From an uncultured delta proteobacterium (GTDB taxonomy: Bacteria; Desulfobacterota; Syntrophia; Syntrophales; UBA5619), in contig CAWFOM010000010.1 in NCBI GenBank assembly GCA_963817385.1, forward strand, positions 1-64,000: a DNA stretch of 64,000 nucleotides, in the 5' to 3' direction. Position numbers and translations under genes: made by a program. Below, piece after piece: positions 28,509-39,433 of the stretch. Each line of letters opens with the position of its first letter. Position 1 is the stretch's first letter. The notes beneath the pieces are model-generated. The model did not search any database and had not been told where the DNA came from. It worked only from the letters and a program-made list of their open reading frames with translations.

Positions 28509-29933
28509 ATGAAGTTCATGAAACTGGATAACAATCTGCCCTGCCGGATAGCCGATCCTTCCCTGGCGATCTGGGGGCGGGAGGAGATGCGTCTTTCCGA
28601 GAACGAAATGCCCGGCTTGATGGCCCTGCGCGAGAAATACGGTCAGAAAAAGCCTTTGAAGGGGATGAAGATCACGGGCAGCCTGCATATGACCATTCAG
28701 ACGGCTATGTTGATCGAGACGCTCAAGAAGCTCGGGGCGGACCTGCGCTGGGCTTCATGCAACATCTTTTCCACGCAGGACCATGCTGCCGCGGCCATTG
28801 CCAAGGCGAAATCAGCGGCGGTTTTCGCCTGGAAAGGCGAGTCCCTTGAGGAGTACTGGTGGTGCACCGAGCAGGCCCTGACCTGGCCGGACGGTACGGG
28901 GCCGGATCTGATTGTTGACGATGGCGGGGATGCGACCCTGTTCGTCCACGAGGGGGTACGGATTGAAAAGGATCCCTCATTGCTGGATCGCTCCTGCGAT
29001 AACAAGGAATTGCGGATCATCCGGGATCGTCTGGCTCATGGTCTGAAAAGAGCGCCGCGGCATTGGCAGGAGGTCGCAGCCCGCATACGGGGGGTATCCG
29101 AGGAGACCACCACCGGCGTCCATAGGCTCTATCAGATGGCGAAGGCGGGGGAGCTCCTGTTCCCCGCGATCAATGTCAACGATTCGGTCACCAAATCAAA
29201 ATTCGACAATCTGTACGGCTGCCGCGAATCGCTCGCCGACGGCATCAAACGGGCCACGGATATCATGATCGCCGGCAAGGCCGTGGTGATTTTCGGCTAC
29301 GGCGATGTCGGCAAAGGCTGCGCCCAATCCATGCGAGGATTCGGCGCCCGCGTTTTCATCGTCGAGATCGACCCTATCTGTGCACTGCAGGCGGCTATGG
29401 AGGGATACGAGGTGACCACCCTCGATGATATCGTGACAAAGGGAGACATCTTCATCACGGCGACGGGCTGTTGCGACGTCATCACCGGCCGGTATATGGA
29501 AAAGATGAGAAACGAAGCTATCGTCTGCAACATCGGTCACTTTGACAGTGAAATTGACATGCATTATCTGGAAAACACTGCCGGCTGCGTTCGGCAGACC
29601 ATCAAGCCGCAGGTCGACAAATGGACGCTGAAATCCGGAAAGACCATTATCGTTTTGGCCGAGGGGCGCCTGGTCAATTTAGGTTGCGCCACCGGTCATG
29701 CCAGTTTCGTCATGAGCAACAGTTTTACCAACCAATGCCTTGCGCAGCTGGATCTGGCGGCGAAGACGCTCCAGCCCGGCGTCTATACCCTTTCCAAGAA
29801 ACTCGATGAGGAGGTCGCCCGTCTTCATCTCAAACGCCTGGGGGCCAAGCTTTCCAAACTGACGAAGAAACAGGCCGAATACCTCGGCGTGCCCCTGAAC
29901 GGACCCTTCAAGCCTGACTATTACCGCTATTGA
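28509..29933 (+). CDS. ahcY: Adenosylhomocysteinase
   Basis: [36 protein letters not shown] and KPDYYRY. Confidence 0.97.
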   Translation: MKFMKLDNNLPCRIADPSLAIWGREEMRLSENEMPGLMALREKYGQKKPLKGMKITGSLHMTIQTAMLIETLKKLGADLRWASCNIFSTQDHAAAAIAKAKSAAVFAWKGESLEEYWWCTEQALTWPDGTGPDLIVDDGGDATLFVHEGVRIEKDPSLLDRSCDNKELRIIRDRLAHGLKRAPRHWQEVAARIRGVSEETTTGVHRLYQMAKAGELLFPAINVNDSVTKSKFDNLYGCRESLADGIKRATDIMIAGKAVVIFGYGDVGKGCAQSMRGFGARVFIVEIDPICALQAAMEGYEVTTLDDIVTKGDIFITATGCCDVITGRYMEKMRNEAIVCNIGHFDSEIDMHYLENTAGCVRQTIKPQVDKWTLKSGKTIIVLAEGRLVNLGCATGHASFVMSNSFTNQCLAQLDLAAKTLQPGVYTLSKKLDEEVARLHLKRLGAKLSKLTKKQAEYLGVPLNGPFKPDYYRY

Positions 29934-29945
29934 CGCCCTCACCGG

Positions 29946-31025
29946 TCAGGTTTTTATGCGCATAAACAGCCAGATTGAAGCGGCGCCAAAGAGAATGTTC
30001 CCGAACCAGGCGGCAATAAGCGGGGGGAGGGCGCCTGATCTGCCGAGGGACATCCCGAAAGCGTAGATCAGCCAGTAGGAGAATCCAATCACCAGCCCTG
30101 CCCCGATACCCTGGGCGATACCCCCGCTCCGCTCGGAGCGTAGAGAGAATGCGATGCCGATTACGGCAAGGATCAAGCTGACCAGCGAAAAGGCGATCTT
30201 GCCCTGGAGATCGACGATATAGCGAGTCGCATCGTAGCCTTCCATCTGGAGTTTCCGGATATAGCGCTTCAATTCAAAGTAGCCCATCGTTTCGACATCT
30301 TTCTGAACCACCTTGAAATCGTCCGGCCTTTCGGGAATGTCGGCCACCTGCGTCGCCATTTTCACGATGGCGGGAAATTCACCGCTCGGAAACCGGGTTA
30401 TGAGGACGCCGTGGAAGAGCCAGTGCCCCTCTTTCCACTCGCCTCTTTCCGCATCGAGGCGCATGATCAGATTCATGTCATGGTCCAGATAATAGAGGGT
30501 GATTCCGCGGAGTACGCTGTTTTGCGCATCGAACAGCTTGAAGTTATAAATTCCCTTTTGTCCGCGGTACCAGATCTGATCTTGTTTGAAACTGCCCAGG
30601 GACTTCTGCTTCTGTACTTCAACCAGACGGATGTGTTCGGCCCGCTCATTCGTATACGGGGTTACCCATTCGTTGAGGAGAAAAACCAGGACGCAGACCG
30701 AGGCGGCGATGGTCAGGATGGGGAGGGATAGCCGATACAGGCTGATGCCGTTGGCCTTCATGGCCGTGATCTCGTTGTGCCGCGACAGAGTACCGCAGGC
30801 CAGCAGCGACGCGAGCAAAACTGCCGCCGGCAGTGTTTGGGATAACATTGTGGGGATGAGGAACAGAAAATGGGATGCCATCTGCCGAAATGTTGCATGG
30901 TTGCTGAGAAACATCCGGGTTTTTTCGAAGAAATCGATGATCAAAAATAGCGAGATGAAGCATACCGCGATGAACAGCAGATTCCGGGAAAATTCTCTGG
31001 TCAGATAGCGATCCAGGATCTTCAT
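29946..31025 (-). CDS. lptG: LPS export ABC permease LptG
   Basis: MKILDRYL, LSRHNEITAMKANGISLYR and LPPLIAAW; YjgP/YjgQ family, downstream of lptF. Confidence 0.9.
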   Translation of the reverse strand: MKILDRYLTREFSRNLLFIAVCFISLFLIIDFFEKTRMFLSNHATFRQMASHFLFLIPTMLSQTLPAAVLLASLLACGTLSRHNEITAMKANGISLYRLSLPILTIAASVCVLVFLLNEWVTPYTNERAEHIRLVEVQKQKSLGSFKQDQIWYRGQKGIYNFKLFDAQNSVLRGITLYYLDHDMNLIMRLDAERGEWKEGHWLFHGVLITRFPSGEFPAIVKMATQVADIPERPDDFKVVQKDVETMGYFELKRYIRKLQMEGYDATRYIVDLQGKIAFSLVSLILAVIGIAFSLRSERSGGIAQGIGAGLVIGFSYWLIYAFGMSLGRSGALPPLIAAWFGNILFGAASIWLFMRIKT

Positions 31026-32179
31026 GACCGATTTTCCTCATGCCGGCGGGATCGGAGGTGTATCGGGAAAGATCGTTCCCGTGCCGCGAAATAAAACAGG
31101 AGGATTCCTGCGATAGCGAAAACCGCATTGGGAGTCCACGTGCCGACGACCGGTGAGAGCCTCCCTGTCTCGACGAGGGCCTCGCCGCTGAGCCGCAGCA
31201 GATAGTAGATGAGAACGAGGGCAAGGCCGATCGTGAATCCCCGCGCGCGGACCGAGCGGTGCGCCCGGATCCCGAGAGGCAGTCCGATGAGGGCGAAGAC
31301 AAGGCAGGAAAGGGGGATCGTCAGCTTCTTGTGGAGCTCGATTGACAACTCGCGCAAGACCCCGTCGTTCATCTCGCGGCTCCGCAGTTTAGTGGAGAGT
31401 TCCGCCACCGTCATTTCCGTGCTGGATTTATCGTCGGCCTTCTTTTCTTCGGAGAGCGACGAGGAGAGATCCAGGCGTACATCATAAAAACGAAAATCCA
31501 TCTTCCGATAATTCTTCAGTCCGGCATCGACGGTATGTATGCTGCCATCCTCCAGCCTCAGGGTGATTGCCAAGGTGTCGGGATTGGAGATGAGATAAGC
31601 CCGCCGGGCGATGATGGTACTCGGTTCTCGAATGATCCGGTTGTCCGAGACGAGAACGCCTTCGAGGAAATCTCCATGGACGGGTATCTTTTCCGCATAC
31701 AGGAGAATCCCCCGGAAATCGTCGATGAAGACCTTCTCCCGGATGCCGATGCTGGCTTTCTGTTTTGCCATGTCGAACAAGAGGCTCTTGGCTGCCACAT
31801 TGCCGAAGGGAACAAGAAAAAGACTTGTCGCTGCGGTAAGGAGAAAGGCGGCAAGGGCCGCGCAGGCGACCGGGAATGCCATTTGATAGAGGCTGACGCC
31901 GGACATCTTCAAGATGGTAATCTCATTGTCGCCGGAGAGTCGTCCCAGGCCGATCAGGATCGCGATCAGCAGGGAGATGGGGATGGTGAACATAAGGAAG
32001 GAGGGGATCAGGAAAAGCATGAGCTGTGCTATGTCCCGAAAACGGATTCCTTTATTGATCATCAGATCCATCAGTTGGAGGATCTTCCCCATGAGGAGCA
32101 CAAAGGTCAATACAAAGAGAATCATGCAGAAGGGAACTGCGATTTCTTTGAGGATATAGCGGTTAATCAAACGATGCAT
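31022..32179 (-). CDS. lptF: LPS export ABC permease LptF
   Basis: INRYILKE, GRLSGDNEIT, ELHKKLTIP and WTPN. Confidence 0.9.
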   Translation of the reverse strand: MHRLINRYILKEIAVPFCMILFVLTFVLLMGKILQLMDLMINKGIRFRDIAQLMLFLIPSFLMFTIPISLLIAILIGLGRLSGDNEITILKMSGVSLYQMAFPVACAALAAFLLTAATSLFLVPFGNVAAKSLLFDMAKQKASIGIREKVFIDDFRGILLYAEKIPVHGDFLEGVLVSDNRIIREPSTIIARRAYLISNPDTLAITLRLEDGSIHTVDAGLKNYRKMDFRFYDVRLDLSSSLSEEKKADDKSSTEMTVAELSTKLRSREMNDGVLRELSIELHKKLTIPLSCLVFALIGLPLGIRAHRSVRARGFTIGLALVLIYYLLRLSGEALVETGRLSPVVGTWTPNAVFAIAGILLFYFAARERSFPIHLRSRRHEENRS

Positions 32180-32464
32180 GGGGAAGACCGGCTCCTTATA
32201 CGTCTCACATCATCAGGCGGAGAGGCTTGATGAAAGCGGGATCATCTTTTTCCACTCGATTCTGGACATTCTGAAGACCTCCTCATTGCACGATGGATTA
32301 TGAAGGAAGGGATATTGCCTCTGTGAAATTGCATATATTGATGGGTATGTCAAGAACAAGTGGGGGAGTGATGGTCCGGTGATTAATCGTTTGACAAGCC
32401 CTGCGATTGTGTGGAATAAGAACCCACGAAAACAGAGGTTTTGACGGTTACGGGGTGGAAACGC

Positions 32465-34126
32465 ATGCGAGACGGAACAAAAAAATTCTTCATTCTTTTC
32501 ATCATCCCCGTTTTGCTTTACCTGGCTCCGCTGCCGTTTACCCCCCTGATGGAGCCGGACGAAGGGAGATACAGTTCCATCCCCAGCGCCATGAATGCCA
32601 CCGGCGATTACGTCACACCTCGTCTGAAGGCGGCAGTCTATTTTGAGAAACCGCCCCTTGCCTACTGGGCGACGGCCTTCTTCTTCAGGATTTTCGGAGA
32701 AAATGAATTCGCATCCCGCCTGTTTGCGGCCCTCGCGGCCTGGGGATGCATCATTCTGACCTATCGCATGGGGCTCTTCTTCCATGATGCACGGACGGGG
32801 CTTTTCGCCGCCGCGATCCTAACAACTTTTCTTTACCATGCCGCGATCGGGAGGATCAATATCCTCGACATGCCGCTCGCCTTTTTCGTCTGTATGGGAA
32901 TCTGGTCCGGGTTCCGCTATTATGCAGCCGGGGACCGGCGCAGGATCAGACTTCATCTGCTCTATCTTTTCAGCGCCCTGGCGTTTCTCTCCAAAGGCCT
33001 GATCGGAATCGTTTTCCCCTTCGGCGTTATTGTTATCTGGCTCATCCTCTCCCGCCGCTGGCGGGAAACCATCGCCCTTGTTTCCCCCACCGGCATCCTG
33101 ATGTTTGCAGCCATTACCCTGCCATGGTTGATCCTCGTCCAGCAGGCGAATCCCGACTTCTTCCGCTTTTTTTTCATCCAGGAGCATCTGCTGCGTTACG
33201 CCACCCAGATGCATGGCCGCTACCAGCCCATCTACTTCTACCTTCCGATCATCCTGGCCGGAACGCTTCCCTGGTGCGCCTATCTGCCGGAGGCCGTGCG
33301 GGGCTTCCGGCGGAAGGCGGAAGGCCTTTTCAGCGGTATCGAAAAACGGATTCTCCTTACCTGGCTCGCCACGATCCTGATCTTTTTTTCCATTTCCTCA
33401 TCGAAACTCATCCCCTATATCGCACCGGTATTCCCCCCCCTCGCGGTTTTCTTCGGCCATCTCTTCCGGAGATACGAGGATGAGGCGGATGCCGCAGGGG
33501 AGCGGAGGACCGTTCCGCTCGGGTACCGGGTGACCGTGATCCTGCAATCCATTCTGTTTATGGCCGTCCTGGTGGCGCCCGTTTTTCTTCCCAAGCATCG
33601 GGTAGATCCGGGAACGTGGTGGCCCTGGATCGCCTTCCCCGTTCTCATCCAGATCCTGATTCTCTTCGTTCCCGATCTCGTCCGGGCAAAGACGGGGAAA
33701 GGGTGGTTCATGACGGTCTATCTCCTGACTGCCCTGTTCCTCGGCTCCGTCACCTTTCCCGTGGCGCAGTATATGACCCCGTATAAATCCGCTTATCCGC
33801 TTTCGCAGGCAGTCATTGCCAATCTTCCTGCCGGCGCCACCCTGTATCAGTATGGAATGTCCCTCTACGGCATCGATTTCTATACCGGGATGAGGACCCC
33901 CATCGTCGACGACATCGGCGAGGTAAGATACGGCAGTGAGCAGCTTCCCCGCGAAGAGCGGGAGGCGTATTTCCTCACATCCGATACCTTTTTCCCGATG
34001 GTGAAGCAAAAGGAGCGGGTCTACTGCGCGACGGAGAGTGAAAAAATGGAACGGCTGAAAAAAGAGATTCCCGGCCTGACGGTCTTGTGGCATAATAGCG
34101 ACTACTATCTGGTAATGTTGAAATGA
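32465..34126 (+). CDS. arnT: ArnT-like GT39/83 polyprenyl-phosphate sugar transferase (lipid A Ara4N transferase)
   Basis: EPDEGRY, YFEKPPLAYW, LSKGLIG and SSSKLIPYIAP; multi-TM; heads the arn operon. Confidence 0.85.
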   Translation: MRDGTKKFFILFIIPVLLYLAPLPFTPLMEPDEGRYSSIPSAMNATGDYVTPRLKAAVYFEKPPLAYWATAFFFRIFGENEFASRLFAALAAWGCIILTYRMGLFFHDARTGLFAAAILTTFLYHAAIGRINILDMPLAFFVCMGIWSGFRYYAAGDRRRIRLHLLYLFSALAFLSKGLIGIVFPFGVIVIWLILSRRWRETIALVSPTGILMFAAITLPWLILVQQANPDFFRFFFIQEHLLRYATQMHGRYQPIYFYLPIILAGTLPWCAYLPEAVRGFRRKAEGLFSGIEKRILLTWLATILIFFSISSSKLIPYIAPVFPPLAVFFGHLFRRYEDEADAAGERRTVPLGYRVTVILQSILFMAVLVAPVFLPKHRVDPGTWWPWIAFPVLIQILILFVPDLVRAKTGKGWFMTVYLLTALFLGSVTFPVAQYMTPYKSAYPLSQAVIANLPAGATLYQYGMSLYGIDFYTGMRTPIVDDIGEVRYGSEQLPREEREAYFLTSDTFFPMVKQKERVYCATESEKMERLKKEIPGLTVLWHNSDYYLVMLK

Positions 34127-34147
34127 TCCTGCGAAAGGTGTGATTTC

Positions 34148-35305
34148 ATGATTGAGATGAGAGAGGATTTCTTACCGCTTAACCGGCCGTCCATCGGAGA
34201 AGCGGAGATCGCGGGGGTGACCGCGTGTCTAAAATCGCAATGGATCACAACAGGGCCTCTTTGCAAGACATTCGAGGAGCAGTTTACGTCCCTCACCGGA
34301 GCCGGATATGCCGTTTCGGTCGCCTCCGCAACGGCCGGGATGCATCTCGTACTCATGGCCCTCGGCATCGGACCGGGGGATGAGGTTATTACCCCGTCCA
34401 TGACCTTTGCCTCCACAGTCAACATGATCGCCATGCGCGGGGCCCGACCGGTCTTTGTTGATGTCCATTATGATACGCTCAACATCAACGCCGATGAGAT
34501 CGAGGCGCGGATCACGTCCCGTACCCGGGCGATCATCCCCGTTCATTTCGCCGGGGCGCCGGCGGAGATGGATCGGATCGGAGAGATTGCCGGCCGCCAT
34601 CATCTGAGAGTCATCGAAGACGCGGCCCATGCGATCGGAACGCGCTTCCGGGACGCGCATGCCGGGGGTTTTGGAGGGATTGCCGTCTTTTCCTTTCACC
34701 CCATCAAGAACATCACGACGGGCGAGGGCGGGATGATTACCCATAGCGATGATCTGCTCGAAAAAAAACTCCGGAAATTGAGGTTTCACGGCATTGAACG
34801 CGACGCCTGGAAGCGGTACGGAAAAGGGGGAAACCCGGAATACGACATCGAGGAGCCCGGCTACAAATACAATCTTACGGATATCCAGGCGGCCCTGGGG
34901 ATCGCCCAACTTGGACGGCTGGAAGAATTCAACCGGCGCAGGTCAGCACTCGTGGAACTCTATCGTGAGGGGCTCAGGGATGTGGAGGGGATCGAACTTC
35001 CCGCCGATCCGCCGTACCCCCATACCCATGCGCGTCATATTTTCGTGGTAAAGATCCGGGCGATGGAGCGTTCGCGCTTCATGGAGCGGCTTTCCGAATA
35101 CAACATCGGTTACGGCGTTCATTTCCCGGCCTGCCATCTCCTGAACTATGTAAAAAGTCGCTTTGGCATCACAACGCTGCCGGAGACGGAACGCGCCGCC
35201 GGAGAGATCCTCTCGCTGCCCCTCTTTCCGGATATGGCCGATGATGACGTTGCCTATGTGTGCGGAGCAGTGCGCGAAATTCTGCACACGGTCAGGAGGC
35301 GCTGA
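34148..35305 (+). CDS. arnB: UDP-4-amino-4-deoxy-L-arabinose aminotransferase (DegT family)
   Basis: WITTGP, IEDAAHA, FSFHPIKNITTGEGG and PGYKYNLTDI. Confidence 0.88.
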   Translation: MIEMREDFLPLNRPSIGEAEIAGVTACLKSQWITTGPLCKTFEEQFTSLTGAGYAVSVASATAGMHLVLMALGIGPGDEVITPSMTFASTVNMIAMRGARPVFVDVHYDTLNINADEIEARITSRTRAIIPVHFAGAPAEMDRIGEIAGRHHLRVIEDAAHAIGTRFRDAHAGGFGGIAVFSFHPIKNITTGEGGMITHSDDLLEKKLRKLRFHGIERDAWKRYGKGGNPEYDIEEPGYKYNLTDIQAALGIAQLGRLEEFNRRRSALVELYREGLRDVEGIELPADPPYPHTHARHIFVVKIRAMERSRFMERLSEYNIGYGVHFPACHLLNYVKSRFGITTLPETERAAGEILSLPLFPDMADDDVAYVCGAVREILHTVRRR

Positions 35306-36282
35306 TGAGGGAAGGGGAACCCATGCATTCACAACCAACGATCTCTCTCGTGATCCCGGTATACAATGAAGAGGGAAATCTCCCGACGCTGATGGAGAGG
35401 ATCGCTCCGGTGATGTCGGCGATGGAGCGGCCCTTTGAAGTCATTCTGGTTGATGACGGCAGCCGGGACCGTTCGCTCGAGATACTCAAGGGATTCACCC
35501 GATCTCCGGAAGTCAGGGTCGTGGAACTGACGAAAAATTACGGTCAGCATGCGGCGATCCTGGCCGGCTTCTCCATCGTCCGCGGGGAGATGGTCGTAAC
35601 CCTCGATGCGGACCTTCAGAATCCCCCTGAGGAGATCCCCCGTCTCATCAAGACGATGGAGGAGGGCGGGTTTGACGTAGTGGGCACGATCCGCAGGGGA
35701 CGGAAAGACTCTTTTTACCGGATCATACCCTCAAAGGTTATCAATATGGTAGCCAGGAAGATCACCGGCGTCCGGATGACCGACTGGGGGTGCATGCTTC
35801 GCGCGTATCGCCGGCCGGTCGTGGAGCGGATGATCGCCTGCCATGAACACGCGACCTTCATCCCGGCACTCGCCACCCACTTCGGGAAACGGGTGACCGA
35901 GATCGAGGTTGCCCACGAAGAACGGCACGGAGGTAAGTCTAATTACCCCCTCCGGAAGCTGATCAACCTCCAGTTTGACCTGGTGGCCTCATTTTCCGAT
36001 CTTCCCATCAAGCTCATCATGTACGGCGGGGTTGCAATGGCGGCCCTCGGCGTCTGCTTCGGCATTGTCCTTGCGGTCGCGCGTCTCGTCTATGGCGCAC
36101 TCTGGGCTGCTCAGGGAGTATTTACCCTGTTTGCGGTCCTCTTCGCATTTGTGGGATTGCAGTTTTTCGCGCTCGGCGTCATCGGTGAGTATATCGGCAG
36201 AATCTACCGCGAGGTCCGCAAACGGCCGGAATACGTGATCGAGCGGGTCTATGGCACCGATGCAGGGGGCAGCGACGCATAG
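35305..36282 (+). CDS. arnC: Undecaprenyl-phosphate Ara4FN transferase (GT2)
   Basis: VIPVYNEE, DDGSRD, NYGQHAAI, DADLQNPPEEIP and GEYIGRIY. Confidence 0.88.
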   Translation: MREGEPMHSQPTISLVIPVYNEEGNLPTLMERIAPVMSAMERPFEVILVDDGSRDRSLEILKGFTRSPEVRVVELTKNYGQHAAILAGFSIVRGEMVVTLDADLQNPPEEIPRLIKTMEEGGFDVVGTIRRGRKDSFYRIIPSKVINMVARKITGVRMTDWGCMLRAYRRPVVERMIACHEHATFIPALATHFGKRVTEIEVAHEERHGGKSNYPLRKLINLQFDLVASFSDLPIKLIMYGGVAMAALGVCFGIVLAVARLVYGALWAAQGVFTLFAVLFAFVGLQFFALGVIGEYIGRIYREVRKRPEYVIERVYGTDAGGSDA

Positions 36283-36297
36283 CCGCGGGGAGGGGAG

Positions 36298-37227
36298 ATG
36301 AAAAGCGTCGTTTTCGCCTATCACAATATGGGACTCGCAGGCCTCCGGGCGCTCCAGCGAGCGGGTTATGAGATCGCCTGCGTTTTTTCCCACGATGACG
36401 ACCCGGATGAAAATTGTTGGTTCGGTTCCGTGAAGGCGTGGGCGATTGATCAGGCTATTCCGGTCTACTGCCCGGTGAATGTGAACCAGCCGGAGTGGAT
36501 CGCCAGGATCGGCGCTATGCGGCCGGAGGTGATCTTCTCCTTCTATTACCGCCACATGATCACGGATGCGATCCTGCACCTGCCGAACCGGGGCGCCTAT
36601 AACCTGCACGGGTCGCTTCTTCCCGCCTACCGGGGGCGGTGTCCCGTGAACTGGGTCCTCGTTCGGGGCGAGACCAGGACCGGAGTCACCCTTCATCACA
36701 TGGTGAGGAAAGCCGATGCGGGCGACATCGTCGGCCAGAGGGTCGTACCTATCGAGAAAACGGATACGGCAGTCATCCTCTATCAAAAGCTCTGTGGGGC
36801 AGCAGGTGAGCTCCTCGATCATCTCCTTCCTCTCATGAAGGAAGGTAGAGCGCCGCGCATTCCACAAGATATCATGAGCGGCGGCTATTTCGGCGGCCGA
36901 AGACCGGAAGACGGCAGAATCGATTGGCGATGGCCGGCCGAAAGGATCTATAACCTGATTCGCGCTGTTACGGAACCCTATCCCGGGGCGTTTTGTACGC
37001 TTCCGGACGGCTCCCCGCTGTTTATCTGGTGGGCTGTTCCAGAGGAAGGGAGGGGGGGGGCCGCAGCAGATTCCCCGGGAACGGTCCGGATCGAAGGTAC
37101 CGGGGTCCTGGTTTCGACGGGGAGGGGAAGATTGCGATTACTGAGCCTTTCGGCGGGCAAAACAAAGATGACCGGGGAAGGGCTCATCCATTACTTTAAA
37201 GACAGGGAAGGACTGATGTTATCATGA
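36298..37227 (+). CDS. arnA: ArnA N-terminal formyltransferase, stand-alone
   Basis: VVFAYHNMG, FSFYYR, NLHGSLLPAYRGRCPVNW and RRPEDGRIDW. Confidence 0.85.
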   Translation: MKSVVFAYHNMGLAGLRALQRAGYEIACVFSHDDDPDENCWFGSVKAWAIDQAIPVYCPVNVNQPEWIARIGAMRPEVIFSFYYRHMITDAILHLPNRGAYNLHGSLLPAYRGRCPVNWVLVRGETRTGVTLHHMVRKADAGDIVGQRVVPIEKTDTAVILYQKLCGAAGELLDHLLPLMKEGRAPRIPQDIMSGGYFGGRRPEDGRIDWRWPAERIYNLIRAVTEPYPGAFCTLPDGSPLFIWWAVPEEGRGGAAADSPGTVRIEGTGVLVSTGRGRLRLLSLSAGKTKMTGEGLIHYFKDREGLMLS

Positions 37228-38258
37228 AGATTTTGATTCTTGGGGTGAACGGCTTTATCGGTCATCATTTGACCAAGCGGATTCTCGACGAGACAGACTG
37301 GAGTGTATTCGGTATGGACCTGTCCGATGACCGTCTCGGGAAATCACTCGAAAATCCGCGCTTCCACTTCATCGAGGGAGACATTGCGATCAACCGGGAA
37401 TGGATCGAGTATCATGTCAAGAAATGTGACGTCGTTCTTCCGCTGGTGGCGATCGCGACGCCAAAGCTCTATGTAGAAGATCCCATCAGTGTCTACAACC
37501 TTGATTTTGAGATGAATCTCAACGTGATCAAGCAGTGCGTGAAGTACCACAAGCGGGTGGTTTTCCCGTCCACCTCGGAAGTATACGGCGCCTGCCCGGA
37601 TCCGGAGTTCAAGGAAGACGAGAGTTACCTCGTGGTGGGACCGATCCAGAAGGAGCGATGGATCTACTCCTGCTGCAAGCAGCTCCTGGACCGCGTCATC
37701 TACGCCTATGGCACGCGGGGACACGTGGAATTCACCCTGTTTCGGCCCTTCAACTGGGTTGGCCCCCGCCTCGATTCCCTCAATACCGCGAAGGAGGGGA
37801 GCTCCCGCGTCGTCACGCAGTTCATCGCCGAGTTGCTCATGAAGCGGCCGATCTCCCTCGTCGACGGCGGAGGCCAGAAGCGCTGTTTCACGTATGTCGA
37901 CGACGGAATTGCGGCACTGCTCGGCATTCTTGCCAATCGCGACGATCTCTGCAAAAATCAGATTATCAACATCGGCAATCCCGAAAATGAATGCTCCGTC
38001 CGGGAACTGGCCCACCTCCTGAAAGAGCTTTTCATGGCCCATCCGGACCATCGCTCGGACGCGACCTATTCGGAGATCATCGAGGTTCCTGCTCTGACCT
38101 ATTACGGGAAAGGGTATCAGGATATCATTACGCGGAAGCCGAGCATCGAAAAGGCGCGTATGCTCCTGGGGTGGTCGCCGAAGATCGGCCTGGAAGATTC
38201 CCTTCGAATGACCCTCTATTCATTCCTCGAAGAAAACGAGCCTTCCTTTCGCGAGTAA
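37224..38258 (+). CDS. arnA: ArnA C-terminal UDP-glucuronate dehydrogenase/decarboxylase, stand-alone
   Basis: ILGVNGFIGHHL, EWIEYHVKKCD, PSTSEVYG, RWIYSCCK and YYGKGYQD. Confidence 0.9.
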   Translation: MKILILGVNGFIGHHLTKRILDETDWSVFGMDLSDDRLGKSLENPRFHFIEGDIAINREWIEYHVKKCDVVLPLVAIATPKLYVEDPISVYNLDFEMNLNVIKQCVKYHKRVVFPSTSEVYGACPDPEFKEDESYLVVGPIQKERWIYSCCKQLLDRVIYAYGTRGHVEFTLFRPFNWVGPRLDSLNTAKEGSSRVVTQFIAELLMKRPISLVDGGGQKRCFTYVDDGIAALLGILANRDDLCKNQIINIGNPENECSVRELAHLLKELFMAHPDHRSDATYSEIIEVPALTYYGKGYQDIITRKPSIEKARMLLGWSPKIGLEDSLRMTLYSFLEENEPSFRE

Positions 38259-38305
38259 GGGCGTTTTTTTGTTGTCGGGCAGGCGGCTCGCGATGAGGAG
38301 GGGGT

Positions 38306-39217
38306 GTGACAAAGCTCCTGGGACTGAAAATCGATGTGGACACCTATCAGGGAATGAAGCAGGGGGTTCCCCGACTTCTCTCCTTGTTAAAGGATGAGGG
38401 TCTCCGCGCAACCTTTTACCTGAGTGTCGGACCGGATGCCTCGGGAAGGGCCATCCTGCAGATTCTCAAGAATCCCCGCTTTCTCAAAAAGATGGTACGG
38501 ACGCGCGCCGCCAGCCTTTATGGTCTGAGGACCGCACTGTACGGAACCCTCTTGCCTTCCCCCCTCATCGCCCTTTCGTTCCCTGAGATGGTGCGGCGTA
38601 TCATGGCGGAAGGCCATGAGGTGCAGTTTCACGCATGGGATCACCGCCGCTGGCAGGATGAGCTCACCGTCCGCCCGGAGGGATGGATACGCGACTGGTT
38701 TAACCGGGGGATCGCCGGATTTGAGCGGCTGACGGGAGGCCCCCCCTCTTCGTTCGGTGCCCCCGCCTGGCTGATCGACGATCGTGTTTTTGCCATTGTC
38801 CCCCCCTACCGTTTTGACTACCTGAGCTGCACCCGGGCAACGTCTCCCTTCATCCATGCAGGGGTCGATATTATCGAGATCCCCTCGGATCTTCCGTGCT
38901 TCGAGGAGATGGGTCCTCAGGAGGGCGAGGAGCAGATTTTATCAATGCTGGGGTCCGGGGGGATTCACGTCCTGCCGGTTCATGCGGAGGTCGAGGGCGG
39001 ACTGATGAGCGAACGATTCATCAGCCTCATTCACGCCGTGAAAAAGATCGATTACGGCTTCCTGCCGCTGAATGAAATTTTGCCGCTGCTGAACCGCAAA
39101 GACCTCGTCACCCGGCGATTCCGCCTGGCAGCTCCTTCCGGGACGATCCGCTCCCTGCGCCGTTTGAACAAGCTGTTCCTCCGCTCATTCGATGGGAACG
39201 GAGAGGGAGCCCGATAA
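38306..39217 (+). CDS. arnD: ArnD-like Ara4FN deformylase (polysaccharide deacetylase fold); true stop probably TGA 39165-39167
   Basis: LKIDVDT, SVGPD, YGTLLP, HAWDH and HAEVEG. The +1 frame near 39130 gives a LLPGRSAPCAV end. Confidence 0.85.
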   Translation: MTKLLGLKIDVDTYQGMKQGVPRLLSLLKDEGLRATFYLSVGPDASGRAILQILKNPRFLKKMVRTRAASLYGLRTALYGTLLPSPLIALSFPEMVRRIMAEGHEVQFHAWDHRRWQDELTVRPEGWIRDWFNRGIAGFERLTGGPPSSFGAPAWLIDDRVFAIVPPYRFDYLSCTRATSPFIHAGVDIIEIPSDLPCFEEMGPQEGEEQILSMLGSGGIHVLPVHAEVEGGLMSERFISLIHAVKKIDYGFLPLNEILPLLNRKDLVTRRFRLAAPSGTIRSLRRLNKLFLRSFDGNGEGAR

Positions 39218-39433
39218 ATACCTTGTTGACCGCGGAGTCGAACATCTGATATGAAACCGACGTATACACAAGAGTTCCATCCATTCCCGTTGAAAAAATG
39301 ATTACCGCATGCAAACGGTTCATCACAGATTTATTTTGGCAATTGTCCGGTACAGGATGATAATCGTTTTTGGCATAAGGGGGTATATGGCCTGAAAAAG
39401 TACTGATTTTTAACAAACAAGGAGGTTAGGCGT

